From the IMG/VR virus record IMGVR_UViG_3300022745_000033: a stretch of 20,000 nt of DNA; one strand, written 5' to 3'. The notes beneath the pieces were generated by a model. That model saw only the letters and a program-made list of their open reading frames with translations, did no database searches and had not been told where the DNA came from. Position 1 is the stretch's first letter; every line of letters starts with the position of its first letter. The position numbers and the translations under genes are program-made. Origin of the DNA: an uncultured virus (IMG/VR IMGVR_UViG_3300022745_000033) (Duplodnaviria; Heunggongvirae; Uroviricota; Caudoviricetes). Of the stretch, positions 7,448-14,841 are shown one piece after another.

Positions 7448-7484
7448 CACACAACTACCAAGACCCGAGCGCTTCAGCGCTCGG
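7448..7484 (-). repeat. Early-region hairpin repeat, copy 6 (perfect stem, divergent tail without a U-run)
   Basis: + strand cacacaactaccaagac-ccgagcgc-ttca-gcgctcgg. Confidence 0.85.
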
Positions 7485-7665
7485 CTACACCGGTAGGGAC
7501 TCCTACCCCCGAGCACAAACACGAACCCGAAGTGGGGGCTTCGTAAGCGCTAGGGGGAGGAGAGACTCACGAGTCGGTGTGGTTCTAAAAAATTTCTAAA
7601 AAATTTTCCTGCCCAGAAATTAAGCACCTCACCCTCCAATCCAAGTTCGATCTAAAATCGCGCCC

Positions 7666-8265
7666 ATGACTACCATGCGAAACACGGCGCAGATAAAACG
7701 TAAAGAGCGCACCAAAGCCTCTGACATCGCCAAACTGCGTAGCAAGGAAACCACGACCATGGCCGCTGCGGCACGGGTCAGCCCAGACAAGCCCCTGACG
7801 GAGCAACAGCGCCTGTTTGTCCAGTTCTGGGCAGAAGGCGACTCCCTGCCAAACGCCTACCAGCGTGCCGGCTACTCCACCGAGCAGGTCTCCTATGCGT
7901 ACCGCATGACCAAGATGCCCAACATCCTGAAGCAGTACAACTTGGTGAAGGAAGAGTTCCGCAAGGCGGCTCAGATGACCCGCGAAGAGGTGATGCTGGG
8001 CCTCAAAGACGCCATTGACATGGCCAAGCTCATGTCTGAACCGGCCACCATGATTGCTGGCTACCGTGAGATCGGTAAGCTGTGCGGCTACTACGAGCCG
8101 AAGAAAGTGGACATCAACGTGAATGTCAATGGAAGCGTCGCCATTGAGCGCATGAACAAGATGACCGACGCGGAACTCCTCAAAATCATTGAAGAAGCGT
8201 CCCTAACCGGCGTGGATCAGGCCTTGATTGGCGTGGACCACGACGATGGCGACGAAACCAACTGA
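7666..8265 (+). CDS. terS: Terminase small subunit
   Basis: LTEQQRLFV...AYQRAGYS HTH-like motif typical of TerS; upstream of terL. An alternative start exists at ATG 7759 behind AAGGA. Confidence 0.8.
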   Translation: MTTMRNTAQIKRKERTKASDIAKLRSKETTTMAAAARVSPDKPLTEQQRLFVQFWAEGDSLPNAYQRAGYSTEQVSYAYRMTKMPNILKQYNLVKEEFRKAAQMTREEVMLGLKDAIDMAKLMSEPATMIAGYREIGKLCGYYEPKKVDINVNVNGSVAIERMNKMTDAELLKIIEEASLTGVDQALIGVDHDDGDETN

Positions 8266-8665
8266 TCCCTCCCTGCGCGAGCAGCTCTTCGGCAACATCG
8301 GCCCTTACTGGTCGGCGCAAAATGCGGAGTTCGAAGCCTCGAACCCCTCGTTCGCCCAACGCGTCGGTCGCCAGTTGAACCCTATGACTGGGTTTGGTTC
8401 GAACCTGGGCCAGCTGCATGACGCACTGGGGCAAGGAAACTTCGGAGATGCCGCCGCAGCCGCCGCGCTGTCACTCCCGGGCTTCGCAGCCGTTCGCAGC
8501 GTAGCTACCCCCGCTGCCGGGGTGGTGAAGTCGGCAGTTCAGAGCCTGCCCTCACTGCGCGGCACCCTCGCCCCCATGGTTGGAACCGCTATCGCGGGTG
8601 CTGCGTACGACGAGGCCAACGCCGAGCCGCTGCCCAAGCGCCCGACCATTACAGGACCCCGCTGA
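8246..8665 (+). CDS. Unknown Ala/Gly-rich protein, 139 aa, between terS and terL
   Basis: ATG 8246; TGA overlaps the terL ATG; begins MATKP exactly like terL. Confidence 0.65.
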   Translation: MATKPTDPSLREQLFGNIGPYWSAQNAEFEASNPSFAQRVGRQLNPMTGFGSNLGQLHDALGQGNFGDAAAAAALSLPGFAAVRSVATPAAGVVKSAVQSLPSLRGTLAPMVGTAIAGAAYDEANAEPLPKRPTITGPR

Positions 8666-10260
8666 TGGCGACGAAACCGCTTAAGGACCCCACCCCAAAC
8701 CCTGTTCTGCTCAAAGCGCAGGCCGAACTGGCCCAGCGCGTGCTCTCCAAGCGTCTGCTGCTGCCGTTCGTGCAGCGCTTCAACCCGAAGTACAAGGACG
8801 GATGGGTTCATCGTGACATCTGCCGCCGCCTGGAACGATTCTCCAAGGACGTTGCGGCTGGGAAGTCGCCCCGGCTGATGCTTCTGATGCCTCCACGGCA
8901 CGGGAAGAGCGAGCTGGTCTCCCGTAACTTCCCCGCATGGCACCTCGGCCAGCACCCTGACCATGAATTCATTGCGTGTTCTTACAACGTGTCTCTGGCT
9001 ATGGACTTTTCCCGCAAGGTCAAGCAGATCATTGCGGACCCGCTTTACGAGAACATCTTTGACACCCGCTTGGACCCTAACAACCAGTCCACAGAGTCGT
9101 GGGGCGTGAAAGACAGCCGGGGTGGGTACGTCGCCGCAGGTATTGGCGGCGCCATCACCGGTAAAGGTGCGCACTGTCTGGTGATTGACGACCCGATCAA
9201 GAACGCCGAAGAGGCTGACAGCGCGGACACGCGGGAGAAAATCTGGGAGTGGTACCTCTCCACCGCCTACAGCCGCCTGGCCCCGGGCGGGGGCGTGCTG
9301 ATCATCCAGACGTGGTGGCACGACGACGACTTGGCTGGGCGTCTCCAGACCATGATGAAGGAGGGCAGCGACGACGAGTTCGTGGACAAGTTCGAGGTCA
9401 TCAAGTACCCCGCCGTGGCGGAGGACGACGAATACCTGAACCAGAGCACGGACCTGATTGAGTACGGCGAGCCCCCAGAGAACGACCCATACACCCTCTT
9501 GCGCCATAAAGGCGACGCCCTGCACCCTGATCGGTATGACCTCGACAAGCTCATGCGGATCAAGGCCCAGAACAAAGGCGGCCGGTGGTGGAGCGCCCTG
9601 TACCAGCAGAACCCTGTGCCGGCTGACGGGTCGTACTTCACCAAGGACCAGTTCCGTCGCGGCCAGCCGCCGCACCTCCAGAAGTCGTACGTCTACATGG
9701 CGTGGGACTTCGCCATCAGCGAGAAAAAGCAGAGCGACTACACCGTGGGCACCGTGGGCTTGCAGGATGAGAACGACGTGCTGCACGTGGTCGACCAGCT
9801 GCGTTTTAAGAGTGGAAACGCGTTTTTCATCGTTGAGTCTATTCTGAATCTAGCTTCGAAATGGTATAGTCCGACCCTAGTAATCGGCTTCGAGGACGGT
9901 CAGATTTGGCGGGCAATCGAAGCTCTATTGAAGAAAAGAATGCGAGAGCGGAAGTTCTACCCCTCCATCGTGGTCCTGAAGCCCATCACCGACAAGATGG
10001 CCCGCGCCCGCCCACTGCAAGGGCGGATGCAGCAGGGGATGGTCAGCTTCAACACGAACGGGGAGTGGTTCGACTCGCTCAAGGCAGAGATGTTGCGATT
10101 TCCGGCTGGCGCTCACGATGACCAAGTGGACTCACTGGCCTGGATGACGCAGTTAGTGATAGGGCGCGAAGCGCCGCGTAAATCAGAGGCGAAACCCATG
10201 AAATCCTGGCGCGACAAGCTCAAGCTCTCCAACTCTACTGGCTCTGCGATGGCCGCGTAA
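8665..10260 (+). CDS. terL: Terminase large subunit
   Basis: Walker A MPPRHGKS, Walker B LVIDD, coupling motif IIQT, nuclease motifs AWDFA, SDYTV and HDDQVDS. Confidence 0.97.
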   Translation: MATKPLKDPTPNPVLLKAQAELAQRVLSKRLLLPFVQRFNPKYKDGWVHRDICRRLERFSKDVAAGKSPRLMLLMPPRHGKSELVSRNFPAWHLGQHPDHEFIACSYNVSLAMDFSRKVKQIIADPLYENIFDTRLDPNNQSTESWGVKDSRGGYVAAGIGGAITGKGAHCLVIDDPIKNAEEADSADTREKIWEWYLSTAYSRLAPGGGVLIIQTWWHDDDLAGRLQTMMKEGSDDEFVDKFEVIKYPAVAEDDEYLNQSTDLIEYGEPPENDPYTLLRHKGDALHPDRYDLDKLMRIKAQNKGGRWWSALYQQNPVPADGSYFTKDQFRRGQPPHLQKSYVYMAWDFAISEKKQSDYTVGTVGLQDENDVLHVVDQLRFKSGNAFFIVESILNLASKWYSPTLVIGFEDGQIWRAIEALLKKRMRERKFYPSIVVLKPITDKMARARPLQGRMQQGMVSFNTNGEWFDSLKAEMLRFPAGAHDDQVDSLAWMTQLVIGREAPRKSEAKPMKSWRDKLKLSNSTGSAMAA

Positions 10261-10263
10261 CCT

Positions 10264-10629
10264 ATGGCCTACACCGACACCTGCCCCACCTTCATCGCTG
10301 AGTGTTTTGCCTTGCGTACGGCGATTCACTTTGCCCATCTATCGAGCAAGTCTTACGCCGAGCACATCGCTCTGGATGAGTTCTACACCAGCCTGCTCGA
10401 ACTCACCGACAAGTACGCCGAGGTCTACATGGGGCTGACCAAGCAGGTCACGTCGTGGCCCACCGTCGAGCTGCCTGCAGGCACGCCGGTCGAGCTGCTG
10501 GAAGAGTTTTTGGAAGACATCACAGAAGAAGAGAGCGAGGACGCCGACAGTCAGTCGCTCCTGAACATCCTGGCCGAGATGGAAGGTTTGACAGCCTTGA
10601 CCCTCTACAAGCTGCGGAATTTGAAGTGA
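10264..10629 (+). CDS. Ferritin/Dps-like four-helix protein (DUF5856-like)
   Basis: HFAHL..SYAEHIALDEFY...D.YAE.YMG and C-terminal LYKL match the phage Dps-like pattern. Confidence 0.75.
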   Translation: MAYTDTCPTFIAECFALRTAIHFAHLSSKSYAEHIALDEFYTSLLELTDKYAEVYMGLTKQVTSWPTVELPAGTPVELLEEFLEDITEEESEDADSQSLLNILAEMEGLTALTLYKLRNLK

Positions 10630-10701
10630 TCTTTAACTTCCACCCCCAAAGGATGAAGAGCGCATCGCTCGGACTTTGTGTTTACACAAGCCGAGCGCAC
10701 C

Positions 10702-12858
10702 ATGCCAATCAACACCGAACTCGCTAAGAAGATCTGGACCCGTTACGCGTGGGCTCGTGACAACGGGCACGCCAAGTACGTCGAGAAGGCAGAGAAGTGC
10801 GACCGCTTCTTCATGGGCGACCAGTGGGACCCTACCGACCGCGCCCGTCTGGAATTGGTGCGCCGCCCAGCGCTGACGATCAACAAAATCCTGCCCACGG
10901 TGTCCAACATCATGGGCGAACAGATTCAGGCTCGCGCCGAGACCAGCTTTCGCCCTCGTGCCGGAGCACCCAGTGAGACCGCCGACGTCCTGAACAAGGT
11001 CTACAGGCAGATCATGGACAACAACCAGATGGCCTGGAAGCGCTCGGACATGTTCGCTGACGGGATCATCACCAGCCGTGGCTTCCTGGACGTTCGTATC
11101 GACTACAACGACAGCATGGAGGGTGAGGTCGCCATTGACAACATGAACCCGAAGAATGTTGTCATCGACCCTGACGGTGAGGATTACGACCCGGACACAT
11201 GGAGCGAGGTGTTCACCACGAAGTGGGTGACCGCCGACGATATCGCGGTGCTGTACAGCGAGGAGGATGCCAATTTGCTGCGCAACCGCGAGCAGAGCTA
11301 CTTCCCCTACGGTTACGACTCCATACAGGCGTTCCGCGACCGCTTCGGCGACCGCTTCAACCCGATGTACACGGGCGACTACGACAACAGCAACGTGATG
11401 CGCAACATCCGCATCATCGACCGCCAGTACCGCATGCTGGATCGCCAGAAACACTTCGTTTCTCAAGATGGTGACATGCGCCCCATCCCGCAGGAGTTCG
11501 ACCGCAACCGGATTGCCACGTTCGTGGAGAAATTCGGCTTCAGTGTCACCACGAAGCTGGTGCGCCGCATCCGCTGGACAGTGATTGCAGACAACGTGCT
11601 GCTGCACGACGACTGGTCGCCCTACAAACACTACACCATCGTGCCGTTTTTCCCCCACTTTCGCCGGGGGAGCACCGTCGGCCTTGTGGAGAACCTCATC
11701 GGCTCCCAGGAGCTGCTCAACAAGGTCACCAGCCAAGAGCTGCACGTGGTGAACACCACCGCGAACTCAGGCTACAAGGTCAAGGCCGGTGCCCTGAGCA
11801 ACATGACAGTCGAGGAGCTGGAAGAGAAGGGCGCTCAGACCGGCATCGTGATCGAGGTGAACGGGGACCCGGACAAAGATGTCCAGAAAATTGCGCCGAA
11901 TCAGGTACCCCAAGGACTGGATCGAATCTCCTACAAGGCGGAAGAGCACGTCAAGACCATCAGCGGAGTCTCAGACTCCATGCAGGGGATGGACCGTGCC
12001 GACGTTGCCGCTAAAGCCATCCAGCAAAAGCGTCAGGCGGGTTCTACGAATCTGGTCAAGCCGCTGGACAACCTGACCCGTACCGACTACATCCTGGCCC
12101 GCAACGTGCTGGACCTCGTGCAAGAGTTCTACACCGAGCAGCGGATCATGACGATCACGCACGACCAGACTACCGGCGCCACCGAGCAGTTCACGATCAA
12201 CCAGACCACGCCCACAGGCGAAGTGGTAAACGACCTGACCCTTGGTGAGTACGACATCGTCATCACCTCCGTCCCGGCCCGCGAGAGCCTGGAAGACAGC
12301 CAGTTCGAGCAGGCCATCGCCATGCGCGAAGCCGGTATCCAGCTGCCTGACAGCGTGATGATCGACGCCAGCCGCCTGATGAACAAGAAAGACATCATCA
12401 AGCAGATGCAGGGCGACCAAGAAAGCCCCGAGGCACAGCAACAGAAGCAGCTTCAGATGCGTGCGCAAGCCGCAGAGGTATCCAAGGCTGAGGGTGAGGC
12501 GGCGCAAAAGCACGCCGACGCCGGTCTGAAGCAGGCGAAAACCCAGCAGACAGCCGTCGAGACCCAGATCGCCGCTCAGGGCGAGCCGGACGACGGCAGT
12601 GCGCAGGCCAAGATGGCCGAGGCACAAGTGAAGGCCGGGCAGGCTCAGCACGACATGGACTTGAAAGAGCGCCAGTTCGAGCATGAGCGCCAGATGGACT
12701 TCATGGACATGGGACTGCGTCGTGAGCAGAGCCAGAGCGACATGGCCCTCAAGGCGCAGGACATGGCGGAGAAACGCGATATGCAGCGCGTGGAGCAAGC
12801 ACGTATGGCAGCGGCAGCTGTCGAGCGCCCCACGGCGCAAACTGGAGCACCAAAATGA
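10702..12858 (+). CDS. Portal protein (P22-like, long Gln-rich C-terminal coiled coil)
   Basis: GDQW...RPALTINKI..V..I.GE motif, size ~720 aa and position after terL; start uncertain (ATG 10702 or GTG 10678). Confidence 0.92.
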   Translation: MPINTELAKKIWTRYAWARDNGHAKYVEKAEKCDRFFMGDQWDPTDRARLELVRRPALTINKILPTVSNIMGEQIQARAETSFRPRAGAPSETADVLNKVYRQIMDNNQMAWKRSDMFADGIITSRGFLDVRIDYNDSMEGEVAIDNMNPKNVVIDPDGEDYDPDTWSEVFTTKWVTADDIAVLYSEEDANLLRNREQSYFPYGYDSIQAFRDRFGDRFNPMYTGDYDNSNVMRNIRIIDRQYRMLDRQKHFVSQDGDMRPIPQEFDRNRIATFVEKFGFSVTTKLVRRIRWTVIADNVLLHDDWSPYKHYTIVPFFPHFRRGSTVGLVENLIGSQELLNKVTSQELHVVNTTANSGYKVKAGALSNMTVEELEEKGAQTGIVIEVNGDPDKDVQKIAPNQVPQGLDRISYKAEEHVKTISGVSDSMQGMDRADVAAKAIQQKRQAGSTNLVKPLDNLTRTDYILARNVLDLVQEFYTEQRIMTITHDQTTGATEQFTINQTTPTGEVVNDLTLGEYDIVITSVPARESLEDSQFEQAIAMREAGIQLPDSVMIDASRLMNKKDIIKQMQGDQESPEAQQQKQLQMRAQAAEVSKAEGEAAQKHADAGLKQAKTQQTAVETQIAAQGEPDDGSAQAKMAEAQVKAGQAQHDMDLKERQFEHERQMDFMDMGLRREQSQSDMALKAQDMAEKRDMQRVEQARMAAAAVERPTAQTGAPK

Positions 12859-13868
12859 GTATTCTCTTAAAGCACCTTCTCTCCCCCTACATGGCCCCGG
12901 CCGGTGATGCCGATGGCGGCGGCGGCATAACCGATCGCGGTGACGACTTTACCCCCACGGGTGATGACGCGCAGGATGACACTAGCGCAAAAAAGGACTC
13001 CGAACCCGCAGCGGACGCTGGCGATGACGACGACCTGGACCCTGAAGACCCTGACGCAGAGGTCACCGACGAGGCCAAGGACGGCGACAAACCCAAGAAA
13101 AAAGACTCCCGCATCCCTTTGAGCCGCCACAAGGACATCCTGGCACGTGAGCGTGCGCAGCGTGAGGCCGCTGAGGAGCGTTTGGCCCAGTACGAGAAGG
13201 GTCAGAAGGTCGCCACGATCAACGACGACCTGACCAAGCTGGAGACAAACGTCCTGGCACTGGAGAAGGAGTACACGAAGCTCCTGGCCGACGGTGAGAT
13301 CGACAAGGCGACCGACAAGATGCGCGAAATCCGCACTGTTGAGCGTCAGATCAACGACGCCAAGACAGAGTACCGCACGCAGGTCGCCATTGCACAGGCG
13401 ACCGAACAGGCTCGTTACGACGTCGCACTGGAGCGTATCGAAGAGGCGTACCCATCTCTGAACCCAGACCACGACGAATTCGACAAGTCTCAGTTGGGCG
13501 AGGTCGTGGAGTGGAAGATTTTCTACGAGAAACAGCGCAACCTGACCCCCACGAAGGCGCTCCAAGCAGCTGTGAAGAAGGTCGTCGGCTCTGAGACCAA
13601 GGCACAGGCCAAGGCCACCACTGTGGCTCCGAAGGTGGACGCTGAAGAAGTGGCGAAGGACGTGGCCAAGGAGCGCAAAAAGGCCGCTGTGTCTAAAAAC
13701 GTGGACGCCGCGAGCAAGACACCGGCCAGCACCGCGAAGGTGGGCATGGACAGCGACAAGGCCGGCGGCTCCCTGACCGCGAAGGACGTGATGAAGATGT
13801 CCCAGGACGACTTCCGCAAGTTGCCGGACGACGTGCTTGCACACATGCGCGGCGACACATTCGTTTAA
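12855..13868 (+). CDS. Capsid scaffolding protein
   Basis: Acidic disordered N-terminus, RIPLSR motif, coiled coil, C-terminal MSQDDFRKLP; lies between portal and capsid genes. Confidence 0.8.
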   Translation: MSILLKHLLSPYMAPAGDADGGGGITDRGDDFTPTGDDAQDDTSAKKDSEPAADAGDDDDLDPEDPDAEVTDEAKDGDKPKKKDSRIPLSRHKDILARERAQREAAEERLAQYEKGQKVATINDDLTKLETNVLALEKEYTKLLADGEIDKATDKMREIRTVERQINDAKTEYRTQVAIAQATEQARYDVALERIEEAYPSLNPDHDEFDKSQLGEVVEWKIFYEKQRNLTPTKALQAAVKKVVGSETKAQAKATTVAPKVDAEEVAKDVAKERKKAAVSKNVDAASKTPASTAKVGMDSDKAGGSLTAKDVMKMSQDDFRKLPDDVLAHMRGDTFV

Positions 13869-13879
13869 GGAGTCACAAC

Positions 13880-14257
13880 ATGAACCACATCACATCACCC
13901 CGCACTGACGACGACGCCGTCGAGCAGGAAATCAAGGCCAAGGGCTTGGTCGCGCCCCGCGTCACGCCTGCTGACATCACTGCGAACATCATCGACGTGC
14001 TGTACTTCACAGCCTATGAGGCCTCTGTAGGTCAGGAACTCGCCCCCGCAGATCGCCCCTACACGGCCAGTCAGGCGCACCGCCTCCTGACATTCTGTGT
14101 ACTGACCCTGCGCAACGGCTTCATGGTGACCGGCGAGAGCGCCTGCGCATCGCCCGAAAACTTCGACGCCGAGATCGGCCGCAAGATCGCCCTTGAGAAC
14201 GCCAAGCAGAAAGTCTGGCCTCTCATGGGCTACGCACTGAAGGAGAAGCTGGCATGA
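13880..14257 (+). CDS. Gp49-family protein (Phage_gp49_66)
   Basis: LTFCVLTLRNGFMVTGESACASPENFDAEIGRKIA...VWPLMGY signature; AAGGAG SD. Confidence 0.9.
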   Translation: MNHITSPRTDDDAVEQEIKAKGLVAPRVTPADITANIIDVLYFTAYEASVGQELAPADRPYTASQAHRLLTFCVLTLRNGFMVTGESACASPENFDAEIGRKIALENAKQKVWPLMGYALKEKLA

Positions 14258-14613
14258 AATCCATGGCCCACTCCATCGCCCGCGTCTGCCACGAGGTGAA
14301 CGCGGCCTACTGCGCTGCCATTGGCGACAAGTCCCAGCCTCTGTGGGAGGACGCACCCCAGTGGCAGAAGGACAGCGCCATCGCAGGCGTTGAACTGCAC
14401 CTCTCCAACCCGAATCTCGGCGTCGACGCCAGCCACCAAGCGTGGTTGGAGCACAAACGCGCTGACGGCTGGACCTACGGGCCGATCAAGGACCCAGTCA
14501 AGAAGGAGCATCCGTGTTTTGTGCCTTACGCCGACCTGCCGCAAGAGCAGAAGGTGAAGGACTTCCTGTTTCGCGGTGTCGTACACGCCATCGCACGCGA
14601 GATGGCACGCTGA
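14254..14613 (+). CDS. RyR-domain protein
   Basis: H..W...K..DGWTYGP.KD..KKEHPC.VPY.DLP.EQK.KD is the RyR repeat signature. Confidence 0.88.
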   Translation: MKSMAHSIARVCHEVNAAYCAAIGDKSQPLWEDAPQWQKDSAIAGVELHLSNPNLGVDASHQAWLEHKRADGWTYGPIKDPVKKEHPCFVPYADLPQEQKVKDFLFRGVVHAIAREMAR

Positions 14614-14615
14614 GA

Positions 14616-14688
14616 GCCATGTAGTTGTCTCCCTGCATGGTGTGCCATGTTTGAAACCCGGCCGCTCACGAGGTGGCCGGGTCTTTTT
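14616..14688 (+). ncRNA. Candidate anti-SD small RNA (stem-loop displaying UUGUCUCC, followed by a terminator)
   Basis: GCCATGTAG-ttgtctcc-CTGCATGGT stem-loop followed by a strong terminator; resembles betaproteobacterial anti-SD 'toxic sRNA' motifs as I recall them. Confidence 0.45.
14656..14688 (+). terminator. Rho-independent terminator
   Basis: ACCCGGCCGC...GTGGCCGGGT stem followed by CTTTTT. Confidence 0.85.
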
Positions 14689-14716
14689 ACATCTAAACTC
14701 TAAAATAGATTACACT
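14686..14716 (+). promoter_or_regulatory. Candidate promoter for the capsid operon
   Basis: TTTACA (14686-14691) and TACACT (14711-14716), 19-nt spacing, in AT-rich DNA just after a terminator. Confidence 0.4.
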
Positions 14717-14841
14717 CCGATCTATTCGATTTAGGCAGGTTCTCGATAGCAACCTCCACCCTCGTTGGTCGAGACGACACATCGGCAAGAAGCAGCGGAA
14801 ACGCAATTTTTGTTTGATCTCATCTCTAAAGGAGAGCCACT

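Noticed and set aside
5250..7484. CRISPR array interpretation of the ~36-bp palindromic repeats
   Set aside because: Intervals are 290-865 bp and contain intact genes with SD sites; no cas genes; no match to CRISPR repeat types I know.
5250..7484. Canonical integron attC sites or sigma54/sigma70 promoters within the repeat
   Set aside because: No consistent RYYYAAC...GTTRRRY ends and no integrase in the window; no GG-N10-GC spacing or consistent -10 hexamer across copies.
6802..7599. 265-aa + strand ORF across the early region
   Set aside because: Runs antisense through two genes and two repeats; no SD and no protein-like features.
8665..10260. Intein or intron in terL
   Set aside because: Normal length (531 aa), continuous frame, no intein motifs.
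14735..14805. Riboswitch in the capsid gene leader
   Set aside because: Only short stems (AGGTT/AACCT, GCG-GAAA-CGC); no recognisable aptamer consensus.
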